From NCBI RefSeq assembly GCF_009914755.1, contig NC_060946.1: a DNA stretch of 64,000 nucleotides; one strand, written 5' to 3'. The DNA is from the human T2T-CHM13v2.0 reference genome, Homo sapiens. The stretch's first letter is position 1, and each line of letters opens with the position of its first letter. The notes below the pieces were generated by a model. That model was given only the letters and a program-made list of their open reading frames with translations. It did no database searches and had not been told where the DNA came from. Positions 17,571 through 32,654 of this stretch are shown here, in pieces. Made by a program: the position numbers and the translations under genes.

Positions 17571-18169
17571 CTCCATTTTCTGTAGAGTTCTTAAGTTGAT
17601 GAGCCTAAAGGTAGACCCAGGAAGCTGATAAACCTACATTAATCAATGCCATGGTTAGGAAGGGAAACACTCACTTCTCTAATGAGTTATGTTTCAGCTA
17701 ATGGGCCCTAGTATTCCACCTGCTTTTTTTATCCCCCCAGCTGGTTCTTAGATTTGAAAAGAAAAAGGCCTCCATGGAGACCTGCACGCTTTTAAAAATA
17801 ATACAAAACAGAACATCTGAGGTCAGGGTAAGCCAAGCCAAACAAATAAATCTTGCAGGATTGTGTTAACAAAACAAGGCTTAGTGGATCAGAGCGGGTA
17901 GAGTTCTGTCCGACTCAGTCCTGCAGAGAAACACCAAGCTCTGGTGAATTTCAAACACAAGGAGGTCAAATAGGAAGATCAAATTATGGAGCACTTCAGA
18001 GTTCAGCATCCATGCCTGGGCTGTAACCAGGAAAGCATTCTGTGCAGGATGGACTCCAGAACTCACGGGTCACGTACAGTCCTAGAAATCGAGACCAGAA
18101 GAGTCTTACGGATGAATTCTATGTGACCTCTATGGAAAGTAATTTTGCAATATCTATCAAAATTATAAA

Positions 18170-18560
18170 TGTGTTCTCTTAGGTTGGGTTCTCTGGAAAG
18201 CAGACCCTGGGATGGATATTAGCCTGGGGGGAGGTTTATTAGTGAATTCCCTGGGAGCTCCATCACTGGAAGGGGGAAGAAAAGAAAGGAAGCAGGACTG
18301 TGAGAATTTGGGCCACACAGCCGTCTCAGCAGAGGTCTCCGGCAACTCTGCAAGAAGCTCTGAAGCCGGACAGCCCTTCAGAGTTATCCCAAACTGGGGT
18401 GATGGGGACAGGGATTTATTATAGCCTCTGACGGCCAGTCATTGGATGTAACTGCCACCAGGAAGGAGATGTGACCTTGGAAGAGGCAGCTCTCCTCATC
18501 TGAGGCACTTTCAAGGAGGAATGACAGAGGAATGAAGAAAAGTCCTTCATTCCTCAATGT
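18170..18560. mobile_element. Old ERVL-type LTR fragment (family uncertain)
   Basis: ggttgggttctctggaaagcagaccctg...aggtttatt motif shared by LTR16/40/41-like elements. Confidence 0.45.
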
Positions 18561-19141
18561 GCATTACAGCATCCACCACCTGCAATGCTTTTGGAACAAG
18601 TTATCCTATTTCTAGAAGTGAATCCTACAGATCGATTAATAAATGTTTGAAATGACATAAGTTTAGCATTGTCTATAATAGTAAAATTATGGAAAACAAA
18701 TTATGGTGTATCCATATGACAGACCCCAGGCCATCCTTAACAAGAATGAGGCAGGTCTGCATATACTCTCATGGAATAAACTCCAAGAAATATTAAGTGA
18801 AAAATGAGGGTGCAGTGGAGTATGGATAAGGAGAAAGGCATGTGTAGATGCCAAGTAGCCAAAGGGGTGGACTGTGCCAGTCACTGTCTATTGCCACTCA
18901 TCCTTCTATAGTCTCTCCTGCACTATGGGAGCTGAAAGCCTAAAATCTGCATTCCCCAGATCCTTTTGCCACATAATTTCAGCTCATTTCTACCAATGGG
19001 AGGCATTCATGCAGGAATTGAAGGTAGAAAGAAGGCAGCAACAATTCTGCTTCTAGTGGTAGTTACAGAAGCTTCACCAACAACTATAGCAGTTTGAACA
19101 AGTGGTGGCAATTCCTGTAGCCTCAGTGGAAGCACAGGTCT

Positions 19142-19480
19142 GGCTAAGTGCAGTAGCCCACACCTGTAATCCCAGCACTTTGGGAGGCCCAGGCAGGAGG
19201 ATTGCTTGAGCCCAGGAGTTCATGACCAGCCTAGGCAACATCGCGATGCCTTATCACTACAAAAACTAAACAAAGAAGAAAAAAAAAAAGCTGGGCATGG
19301 ATGGTGGTGCACACCTGTGGTCCAAGCTACTTGGGAGGCTGGAGTGGGAGGATCACTTGAGCCCAGGAGTTTGAGGCTACAGTGAACCATGATTACACCA
19401 TTGCACTACAGCCTGGGTGAAAGAGGGGGACCCTGTCTCAAAAACTAAACAAAACAAAACAACAGCAACAACAAAAAAGA
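19142..19480 (+). mobile_element. AluJ
   Basis: Forward Alu dimer, J-type. Confidence 0.9.
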
Positions 19481-20225
19481 GCCCAGGCTCCTCATTCCTC
19501 AGTGACAATAGTGACAGTGACAAACAGTGAATGTAGGACTGTTGTGCCTCTGGGTAAAATGATTTCCCCTTTTGATCCATTTGTAATCAATCCTCCTTGT
19601 TAAATTCCCTCTGAAATACATAGCATGGTTGATGTTTTTCTAACCAACCACCCTCTGTGAAAAGCATATATATGTATTTGCTCATTGCATTTAAAACTTC
19701 TCTGGAAAGGTGCCCAAGAAACTAGTGATAATAGTTAAGTACATGGAAGAGAACTAGATTGGTGTGGGCAGAGTGGGAGGCAGACTTTTCACCACATACC
19801 ACTGTGTAGCTTTTCAATTTTTAACTATTTGAATATACTACTTTTACCCCCGCCAAAAAAGAAAAAGATTAATAAAGGTTATCTCCTATAAGCACATTAA
19901 TTTCCTGTGAAATATTCCCCAAGGTAGCCACCCAGTTTCTGCCACAGCATTTCCAGCACAGGAGGCGCCCTACCTACAAAAAAGGCATGGCCCATTCCTT
20001 ATTAGTTCAGCACTACTTAACAGTTTCTGTGTAGACCAAGTTGAAATCCATCTTCCTGTAGGATTGCACCAATAGACTGAACTCGAACTCCAGTGAAACA
20101 ATAGAGGGTGATACTTAGCACAGAAACCTGGGTTCAGATTCCTCCTCTATCACCCATTTCTGCTGCTTGTTTAACATCTCTGAGCCCCAGCTTCTTCATC
20201 TGCTAAAAGGGACAAAGTACCCATC

Positions 20226-20517
20226 TTTTGTTAGTTTGTTTGTTTCAGACAGAGTTTTGCTCTTGTCGCACCCAGGCTGGACGATCTTCGCCCACTGCAA
20301 CCTCTGCCTCCTGGGTTCAAGCGATTCTCCTGCCTCAGCCTCCCAAATAGCTGGGATTACAGGCATGCATCACCACGCCTGGCTGATTTTTGTATTTTTA
20401 GTAGAAACAGGGTTTCGCCATGTTGGCTAGGCTGGTCTTGAATTTCTGACCTCAGGTGATTTGCCTGCCTCAGCCTCCCAAAGTGCTGGGATTACAGGCA
20501 TGAGCCACTGCACCCAA
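20226..20517 (-). mobile_element. AluS
   Basis: Reverse Alu; TSD caaagtacccatctt. Confidence 0.92.
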
Positions 20518-21526
20518 CTCAAAGTACCCATCTTAAAGAGGCATTGTGAGGTTGAAATAAGATTATGCATGTCAAGTGCTTTAATCAATACTTTTGCTTA
20601 TTGTTCTTGATATTTACAACACTGGAAGAAAAAAATATACAGTGGATAAGAAGAGGACCCTGAAGTCAGACTGGCTAGGTTCAAAAACAGACCCATGCCA
20701 CTTATTAGTTGGGCAACCTTGGGCAAGACACTTACTCTCTGTGAGTCTCAGTTTCTGAAAGATGGAGGTGATAACAGTGCCTACTTCACCCATAAAATGC
20801 ATTCAGCTTTATCTCATAAGGACTCAACAAATGGTAACTTACTTTATCAACCATACTTGTTCAAGAGGTAGATATTTGTAAAGAGTAGACTGGGACCTAT
20901 CAGAGACCTTTCTTCCTCCGGACTAAACATCTCCAGTTCCTTAAACGAATCCTCTTTCCTTATTGGCCTTAGTTTCCCTTACTCCAATCCCTTTTCAGAA
21001 GGCATTCCAGGTTGCTGCAACCCCCTTCCAGAGCAACACACAACTGGATCTCTTATTAGAGTGTCTCACTAGCATTGTGTGTGTGTGTGTGTGCATGTAA
21101 GAGGGAGTGTATGAACTATCACCTTCCTGCATTCTAACTGCTGTGGTTTGATAGTGCAGCCTGAAGTGACATCAGGTTTTAGGGGAGTAGCAATCTCAAC
21201 TGTAGTTTATTGAGCACCTAATACATGTGCCGGAAACAAATGTTCAGCATATTACATTAACTCATTTTGTCACACAATAACTCTAGGGAATAAAATTTAT
21301 TTCATCATTTTCAGGTGAGGAAATTGATTTAGAGATGTTTTAGGTAAAAAGCAAACACAGCTAAAATATGACTGAGCTGAGATTTCATCTTCAGTCTATC
21401 TTACTCTGGAGCCACGATCTTAACCCCTACACCGCATTTCCTCCCACACATATTAAGCTGTGCTCAACTCAAATGTTAGGTCTTTTTCGTTTTTCTCATG
21501 TGATGTTAACAAGATAGGTCTCCCCA

Positions 21527-21827
<301 letters not shown>

Positions 21828-21889
21828 TTAATCCTGCTCCTTCACAGCTGAGTTTTTGAACTCAGCCCATCAGCTTAAGGTCGTCAGTC

Positions 21890-22022
21890 ATCATTTTTTA
21901 GTTTTTGCAGAGACAGAGTCTCACAATGTTGCCCAGGCTGGTCATGAACTCCTGGGCTCAAGCAGTCCTGCCTGGGCCTCCCAAAGTGCTGGGATTACAG
22001 GCGTGAGCTACTGCAACCAGCC
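21890..22022 (-). mobile_element. Alu monomer (FLAM/AluJ left arm)
   Basis: Reverse left arm only. Confidence 0.8.
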
Positions 22023-23781
22023 GAACCTGCACTCTCCCTCTCACTGAGGCTGCAGGAATTGCCACCACCGACTCGACTTTATATTGTATTCCTATTCAAT
22101 TTGATCACATCAAATTTAATCTGGCGTATTCTCTCTCCCATCTAGTTTAAAGTCATTAGCAAATGTAATTTCATAAGTCACTAGTAAGAAGGAAAACAAA
22201 GCCAAGGACAAGCCTTTTGGCAAGCCATTAGATTTCTCCCAAGGTGTATTTATTTCTATCAAGTAATCATTTCCTAATGAGGATGATGTTCAACCTGTTA
22301 CCAAACCACCAAACTGAATTAACATCCAACTTACACTTCTCTATCTTGTTGACAACTGTTTCTTGAAATATCACCTGGTCTTTATGGTCAATATCTACAG
22401 CTAAGGTCCATTCTAAGAAATGTCCCAGAAAGAATTGTGGGTTGAAGGCTGAAGTGCATGTGAGAAAATATAAATACGGGGTCTGAAGTGTTTAAAATAT
22501 TTTAAGGGGAATATCTCATCTTTCCATTCAGAAGACATTGATGTTAAATACATAAAGGGCAGAAGATGAACAGGTCTCCCAACAGCAGCCTCCCCTGGAC
22601 AGTTTCCTAACCCCATCCCAACCCAATATTACACAAGGACAGTACTCAAAGGAGCAACTAGTATTCATATGTAAATCCATGGGTCGTTCTGGCTTCCTTC
22701 ATTGGATTGGGAGTTGCTCAAGGGCAGGGTTTATACCTTCTCTTGCCTTTTGCTCCACCTGCTAGAGCAAGGCATTAGTGTTCTTTCTGCCTTGGTACCT
22801 CTGTCAACACGGAGGAAAGACTGGCCGTGGTGATTTCAGTCTTCTCTTTTAAAAATTAGAGACTGAGGCTCTACCCTAGCAAGTCCTAGTCCACTGATGT
22901 CCCAGAACTGTGAGTCTACTTAATATTAATCCATTCATCAACCTCACTGCTTGGTCCCACAGAGGGGTGACTTGTGCCTGTGGAGAAAAAGACCCTTTGC
23001 CTCAAATATAAACAGAGGAGAGTTTGACATGCCAACCATCCTGGCCTGATCCTCTCAGACCCTACTAGGATACTGCTGTGAGGGCCCCGCAGAGCCAGTA
23101 GGGCATTCTGGGTAATAGAATGCAAAATGTGCTGTCTCCTCCACGGGCCTCCCCAGGGTTTCTTGATTCCTGGCTCTGTAAAAGTTGAGGCAAGCAGTTT
23201 TTAGACTGGGGGGAAGAGGATGGAGAGAAGGGGCGGAGGCTTCCTCTAGGCCAACCACAACTAACTCATTCGCTCTGTCCAGCAAAACCCAGACAGTGCA
23301 ATTATCTGGTTAATTTGGCCCTTGGTTGGGAGACAGGATCCCAAAATGTGAGGCCAGCTCAGACTAAACAGTGGCTTCCGTCCTGAGACTTTTCCCAAGT
23401 GCTAAAGGATGCATGTGAGATTCCTGGCGGGGGGGTTGCTTGTGTGTTCCACCCATTGATACAGATGGGCAAAGACAAGTGATTCTGATTCCAAGATGGA
23501 TTTGGAAAGGTATGTCTACTGGGGAAAAATGCCCAAATGACCTGCTAATTGGTTTCCTGGCTAATTCACCTTCTGGCTTTCATAGAGGGGCAGGTTGGAA
23601 ATCAGAATGACTCTAAATTAGCCAAGGTTTCTCAGTGTGATTGTAGACTTCATAGACTGGCTGACGGGCCCCAGAGCCCCTGGGTGAGTTATTCTTAGGG
23701 CAATTCCCTGATGGTCCTGCTCATAGATTTTGTACTGACAAGTTGGGCCAATGGCATTGCTAAGATAAAAGGGGAAAATTA

Positions 23782-24255
<474 letters not shown>

Positions 24256-25121
24256 TCATCCTGCAAATATTTCCTTCAGTTCTCTTTTGTGCCAGGCCCA
24301 GTGCTACTTAGGGTAAGATCCAGACAGTCATAGTCTCCACCCTCATGCAAATCGTCCCACTCAAAATGTGTGGCTAGAAACTCAGATAAGGGCCAGGAAG
24401 AAAAAGTTGAGGAGCTATGAAAGGGAATAACCAGGTTACCTGATTTAAATCTGGAAAGACTCAGAGAAGGAGTCTTTGAGGAAAGGATTGTAAAGCTAAC
24501 ACTTCAAAGAACCTAATTTGCTTTTTGAGGAAGATCACTCTAGCGTTGGGATGAAGAATACATTGGAGATGGATGGAAAACATGAAGTTGTGAGGCTGTT
24601 GATGAGGAAGACTGGACGAGAGTTGAGGGTGGTCCAGCCAAGGATCTAGGTGATGGGGATGAAGGGAGAAGTGGAGGGACCAGGAAATATCAGATGCGGA
24701 GTCAGCAGGGTCCAGTCATTGAATGGGTGCAGTGGTACAGGGAGAGGGGCACATCCGGGAGCCAGAGCAGGTTTCTGGCTAAGGTGGAAGGTAGATGGCC
24801 ACACTCTTCATTGAGAGAGAGAATTAGGGAGGAGTAGGGTGGGCGCAGGGGAAGATGATGTGTCCTATTTTGGAGAACCACACCGCATTCCCTGTCACTC
24901 CATACCCTGTACTTCTGGTCTCCTTATCTTTGCTCACACTGCCTCCTCCATTCACACGCTCTTCACGCCACCATCTCCACTTGTTGACATCCTATCCATT
25001 CTTTGATCTATTTCAAACACCACTCCCTCCTCGAGGCCACACCTGAGTCTTTCAGTTGACTGTGACCTCTGCTGCCAGGAGTGCTAAGTTTGGACCTCTC
25101 ATCCCTGGCTTCTACCTGTAA

Positions 25122-25327
25122 GTTCAAATCCCAGCTTCACTGCATTCTTACTAGCTGTGTGACCTGCCTGGGCAATTTATTAAGCTCTCTGAGCCCAAGT
25201 TTCCTCAGCAACAGGCATACTGTGTGGATTGAATGAGTGACTGCATGGAAAACACTTAATATGGCATCTAGCAAATAGTAAATGTTCAATAAAAGTGTGC
25301 TACCATCATCAATGTTATTGTTCTGTA
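25122..25327 (+). repeat. Duplicate of the MIR segment at 17369-17570
   Basis: About 90% identical by manual alignment. Confidence 0.88.
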
Positions 25328-25658
25328 GGCCAGGTGTGGTGGCTCACGCCTGTAATCCCAGAACTTTAGGAGACCAAGGCAGGTAGATCATTTGAGGTCA
25401 AGAGTTTGAGACTAGCCTGACCAACATGGTGAAATTCCATCTGTACTAAAAATAGAAAAAAAATAAAAAATAAAAAAATTAGCCGGGCATGGTGGCACAT
25501 GCCTGTAGTCCCAGCTACTCAGGAGGCTGAGGCAGAAGAATCACTTGAACTCGGGAGACAGAGGTTGCAGTTCACTCCATTGCACTCCAGCCTGGGCAAG
25601 AGAGTGAGACTCCATCTCAAAAAAAAAAAAAAAAGAAAGAAAGAAAAAGAAAAGAAAA
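25328..25658 (+). mobile_element. AluS
   Basis: Forward Alu with A/GA-rich tail. Confidence 0.92.
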
Positions 25659-27075
25659 GACTTAGCTCACCTCTCCTCCTAGACCACAGGCATTTGGAGA
25701 CTGGGCCTCTTCTTCTATATACTCGTTCTCCACATATTAGCTAGCTAGCATAGTAGACTCTTGACAAATATTTGCAAAATGAACAAAAATAACCTGTTCT
25801 CTGCCATGGAAGGAAAACCAGTAGACATTGGGTTGACTTGAAAGCCACAGAATCAAATTGAAATTCAAAGTGTAGGTGTTTTAATATTAAGCCAACTTAG
25901 TTTGCTTAGAAGACCTTTCTGTTTCTCTGACACGGTAAGCTCAAAAAGTGCAGGGAGAAGAACAGTCATGCCCCCCATTTTAAAAATTGTATTTTGAAAT
26001 CATTTTTACAGCAAGGACCTTGTCTATGTTATTTACTGTTTGCCTTTGATGATGAGGAGGAGGAGGAGTAGGAAGAGGATAAAGAATAATGATGCTGATG
26101 ATAAATGGGTAACATTTACTAAGTGCCCAGTATGTGCCAGGTACTGTTCAAGCACTTTTCATGGACTAACTCGTTTGATCCTCACAGCACCCTATGAACA
26201 CAGGCTGATGCTATTATTGCCCCAGTTGGACAGATGAAGAAATTGAACTGGAGGGAGTGTAAGTATTGCTCAACCAAGGTCACAAGGTTACTAAGGGGCG
26301 GTGTTAGGATTCAAACCTGGAGTATGGCTCCAGAACCTATGCTCAAATGTGCTCTCCTAAGGCTGAGCACAGTGTTTGGCAGAGAGGAGGTCCTCGTGGA
26401 ACGAATAGGAGAAAGCTTTGATCTGGAGCCAGGAGACCACACCTTCCACTCCTGATTCTGCCACTGCCTCCCTACACAGCCCTAAAAAAATCTGTGTTTC
26501 TTTCCACATAAAATGAGGGACCTGGATATTGATATTAATAGCAATAGCAAGAGATAGTATTTGCAATTCTGGTCCCTTCTGAGGTTTTAAATAATTTAAT
26601 CCCCACAATGATATAAGGAAATCAAGGCAGAGAGAGATTAAGTCACCTACCCAAAACCTAGAAAATGAGAGAGGCAGGATTCAAGGCCCTTCATTATGTT
26701 CCTAAACTATGCTCTCTAGCCCAGGTGGCTGCAAGGAGATGCCCCAGGGGCCAAAAGGAACGGTATAGAACAGACAGAAGTTGGGCTCCACCTGCCCATT
26801 TCCATCAGAGCAGCTCTACGTGTCTCTCTTTTGTAGAATGAGTTCCTATTTGACATTTCCCTTGAAGAAAGGGTCTCTGCTAAAACATAAAAGGTTGGAA
26901 ACCACTGGCCCAAACAATTCTGAAATTTAATGAGACTCCCAAGTATAAGCTTGGACTTTTCTGGTAATCTTGGCTCATTATGACCACATAAGATGGGGAC
27001 CAAGATTGCATGTAAGAACAGCCCCAGCGGCAGAAAAGGTCAGTTGACAGTGCTAAAGACACAGCTCCCACCTAC

Positions 27076-27133
27076 CTGCTCCACTCGGATCTCAATCTCT
27101 CCATTCACCTTCTTCCCATGGAAATACTTCGAC
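27076..27133 (-). CDS. SYN3: Synapsin III second coding exon, 58 nt (W-SKYFHGKKVNGEIEIRVEQ)
   Basis: Minus strand ttcttcccctttacag|G TCG AAG TAT TTC CAT GGG AAG AAG GTG AAT GGA GAG ATT GAG ATC CGA GTG GAG CAG|gtaggt; phase completes the TG-G Trp codon left by the previous exon; typical synapsin domain C sequence. Confidence 0.97.
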
Positions 27134-27285
27134 CTGTAAAGGGGAAGAAATCAGCTGAGTAAGGATGCAGGCTGTTTTACTCTTTTCTCCCTTCTCCCAA
27201 AGGCCTTACCCCAGAGGTGCATATTGAGACACATCCTCAGCCATCCTACTGTCTCCTCCCACCTTCACTACTGATTTTCTCAGTC

Positions 27286-27615
<330 letters not shown>

Positions 27616-27733
27616 TAGAGGGGAGATGGTGGATAAGATTGGAGGCTCAAGTTCTAGTTCTGTCACGTCACTTGACCTCTCTGCATCTCAGTTTTAGCAT
27701 CTGTAAAATAATGATATTAATAATTTTGCTACA

Positions 27734-28049
<316 letters not shown>

Positions 28050-28099
28050 CTACATATTTCTAAGGGTTACTTTGAGGATTAAATAAGAAAAAGGATCCC

Positions 28100-28230
28100 A
28101 CATAAAAAGGTCTGAAATGATGGCTATGCTGACTATCCTAATCTAATCATTATACGTTACATGTATCACAACACCAATACGTACCCCATAAATATGTAAA
28201 TTATTATGTATCAATTTTAAAAGAATTAAA
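28100..28230 (+). mobile_element. Short L1MA 3'-end fragment
   Basis: gtaccccataaatatgtaaattattatgtatcaatttta terminal L1MA motif. Confidence 0.6.
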
Positions 28231-30274
28231 GGATGTTTATAGTGTTTTATCCATATTTTTCTTAAATTCATGATTTTCATCATGTTATCTTCACATATAT
28301 GTTAATCCTGTCTCCCCTACCCTTTGAAGGCAAAACCACACATGGTTTATCTTGGTATCCTCCAACCCTCCAATTTAGTCTTCAGAAATATGTTGAATGT
28401 ATAAAAGAATGATGATTGCTAGAAAGTGTGTAATTTAAAGACTTTAGAAAATACAGTTTTGTTTGATCCAGTTTCATTCTCAAGTATATATGTTTGTGTT
28501 CTTTTAACATTAAAAATGTTATGGCATTTTAACTCTCAACAAAAATCAATGTTTTAGTGACGCCCATTATCCAAATCTTCTAACTATTCAAAAAAGGGAA
28601 TCCTACAAAAATAAATAATGCAGTATTGTTTTATTGAGTTATACCTATATGCCCCACATACTCCACCAAAGATTTATTATTGATCTATCCAGTCTCACCC
28701 ATTTCTCTATTTTTCTATTTGTCTAATAAAGCAGTCCTCATTTGTTCCTTTGTCTATCTGCCATCCGTCCGTCCTTCCTTCCTTCTTTCCACAGACTTCC
28801 TTCTACATCCCTGCCTCTGTCTTCCCCATCATCAGTACATGACATCCCTATCTACCCATTGTTTAGACATCATCCCTACACTCACTGATTCTACATTTTA
28901 ATTATTTCTCAAATTCATTTACCTGGTGATTTTTCTCCATAAGCACCCTAATCCTGACCTATGATTCATCTCTATACTGAGAGTCTCTTCATATTGTTTT
29001 CATACTATTTATTACAACAATAATTATAATTAGTAACTGTGTTTAATGTCTGTGTACCACTAAACTATACCACAGCTCCTTGAGGTCAGAAATAACCTAT
29101 TGTATTCATCACTTTCTTCCTAACACCTACCAGAGTGCTTAACACATAGTAGGAAATTGATTAATATTTGTTGAATGAATACATGAGTGAATGGACTGAT
29201 GAAAAAACACTTGTTGAGTATCAACTCTTGTGCTAGAAACTCTGCTATAGAGTTTAACCTACAGCCTTTCTCATTAACGCTCACAACCACCACCACGAAG
29301 TAGATATCATTATTTCCAACTTACAGATGAAGAAACTGAAACCCAGAGAGACTAAATATTTTGCCTAAGGGATTTGAACCCAGGACTTCTAATTCCATAT
29401 CTGTGCTTTTGCTCAACTCTGAAAAATAGCAGTGAAAATTGGGGTCTTTATAGGTTTGGATATCGTCTCACAAAAAGTAACAAAGTTTCCATTTTCTCTT
29501 TTTGATTATTGGTATGATGACACTAATAGTTCTTGGTGACTTGCTGTGAACTGAGCATTGTGTTAAGCATTTCCATAAACCTTCTCTGGGACGGAGACAG
29601 CTCTTTGCTTCCTAATACTCATTCTCCCCTTTTCCCACAGTAAGAGAGTTGACAGATTGGTACATAAAAATGTGTACCCCAAGTCTCCCATCAGCTGGAT
29701 GCAGCCACATGATTTATTTCTAATGGATAATTTTTTAAGCATTAAACAACCTTCTTAGTCTCCTACTCTTTTCCTTGGAAGATGGATGTCATCACCCATT
29801 ATTTTTCAGCCTTCCATTTGTGAAAGAATCCTTTCTACAAATTCACTAACTGCTTCAGCCTGTCTGCTTCCAAAGTCTCTCTACCTACTCTTAGCTGATG
29901 CTGGTGGAGTTAATCTCTTCCCAAAACTGACTGACAGCTCTGATATTAGCACCACTTTTTCTTACGTCCTGATGGGCTTAGATGTCAACTAGGCGGTAGT
30001 TTAGTAGGAAAGGAACTATTAGTATGACTCGAAAGCAAGATTTTGATTTTTTTTTTCTTTCAGCAATGGTCTTCAAATAAATACCCATGTGGACAGCCTC
30101 ATGCAAAGAGAATCTTTTCATACAGTTTGTGAATTTTATCGTAATCCTTAAAGGTAGTATCAGCAAATTCCAGACACCAGGACAAGCCCATGTCTAGTAT
30201 TTGAAGCGCCTGGGGCAAAGCGACAAATGGAAACCTATGTGTCATATGTCTAATATTTAAAATTGACAAAATCA

Positions 30275-30683
<409 letters not shown>

Positions 30684-32623
30684 TTAAAGACTCAGAATGT
30701 AAACTTCTCAGAATTCTTTGCACTCTACCCAGCACGTGGCAGCACAAGGATTGCCAGCTCTTGGTTCTCAGACCTCACCCAAGATCTTCCTTAATTCCCC
30801 ACCCACTCTCCTCTGCACCACTGAGGCTCCTGGTGCGGGTATGTGGATTGCCCAGACCACGTGGCCAAGCTTCATCTACTCCCTTCCCCTCCCCAAATGG
30901 TTGTCCTTTGGCCACCCCTTGGAAAATGGACCAAGGAATTGGCCTATATAGGCTCTGAAGTTGGGTTAAGGTCCCTTTGAGGAGGGAATTCTAGAGTTTG
31001 GGTACCCAGGGCATGGCCTAAGAGTGCAATTTGTAGGGTCTTGGTGGGAATATCCCCTCACTCCTAACTCCTCTGCCTGTCAAGAGAGGTGTGGCTAATA
31101 AGGACCAGAGCAGGATCCAAGGTAGGCATCTTTCGTGGATTTAAAAATCACTTGCTTTTAAATCCAAGCTCCAAATTTAAAAGAAGTACTGGGTGGGCCT
31201 GGGACCGGGAATGGTAACCTATCATTACAATCACCAGCATACTGGGAAAAAAAACATGGATTTGCAATCACACAGGCTTGGGCAAAATCTTAGCTCTACT
31301 ACTCACTGACCATGTGTTCTAAGACAAGACACTTAGCCCTCTGGGTCTCAGTTTCCTCATTTGTCAAGTGGTGACAGTAACTACCAGGGAAGGGTGTGGT
31401 GAGAAAGTCACATAATCCTCTATGCAACAAGGCAGTAAACTGCAATGGCTTCAGGGCATACAGCCTGGATAGGACCCCAACTCCTCCACTCACTTGTGCA
31501 AGCTTGGGTAAGCCAACCTCTGAATGCCTTAGTTTCCACACCTAGGAAATGAGGCTCATAGTAGTAGCCACCTCACAGGGTTGTTATGAGGATTAAATGA
31601 AACAAGGCATACAAAGCACTGAGAATAGTTCCTGGCACACAGTAAGCTGCAAAGTATGTAGTCCATGGCCTGAAACAGAATCCACAAGAGCAAAGAGCTA
31701 TCGAGTGCTTACCCTGTGCCTAGTGGGTGCTGTGTGCTGGGGACCCACAAATAAACAAAACAATCTTACCCTCTTGGGGGTTCCAAAGCAGAATTATGAC
31801 TCACCTTGCTTTGATCTGTCTCACAGGTGCAAGGAGTGATGGCTGGTGATGGGGAAAAGAGGTGGCCTTGGCCTATAAGGACAGCCAGACCCTTCACATC
31901 CTTCCTCCTATTTGACCCTCATGCCAACCCTGAGGGGTGGTAGGGCAGGGATTGCTCCCAACGTGTTCCAGATGGAGAAGTCTCTGCTCAAAGTCACACG
32001 AGTGATCTGGGTACCCAAACTCTAGAGGGAAGAATTTGGGTACCTTTCCTGGAGACCCTAAGTGGTCTTTCAGACTTTTTGGATCCAGTCCAGAGCCCTG
32101 GCGTCCTTCATGATCTGGACCCTGCTGACTGGGGGTCTGCTTCCCCTCCAGTTTGCTGTCTATTTCATGGTTGCATCCAAATTCCTGTGCTTCTCTAAAT
32201 ACTCCTGTGCTGTCCTGCCTCTGAACCTCTGCACAGGCCTTCACCTCTGCTTGGCACTTCCTTGATTGTCTCTTTCTCATGTTTCAAGATCCTATGAGTG
32301 ATATCTACTCTGCTGAGTTTTCCTTGACAGCACCCCCTTCCCTAGCTGGGCTGAGCGTCCTCCCTTGGTTCCTACAGCACGCTGCACTTACAACCATTCC
32401 AGCCCTTACCACTTCACGTTGTCATTACACATCACTTAGCTGCCCTCTGCCCCCAAACATATAGTCTGTGAGCTCCTGGAAACCAGAAACTGAGTCTCCA
32501 TGCTCACTGTGTCTCCAGTATCCAGCACAATGAGCTAGGGCACAGGACAACAGGCTTAACAAATGTTCGCTGACCGGGTAAGGAAATACTGTCTGTAGGC
32601 CGGCCTTTCCTGGAGACACTTGA

Positions 32624-32654
32624 CTGCCATCTACTGGCACACCATTGTAATACA
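32624..32654 (-). promoter_or_regulatory. Candidate CTCF site with possible upstream module
   Basis: Minus strand TGTATTAC-aatggtgtg-CCAGTAGATGGCAG: exact core match plus a TGCAGTAC-like upstream module; binding not shown. Confidence 0.55.
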
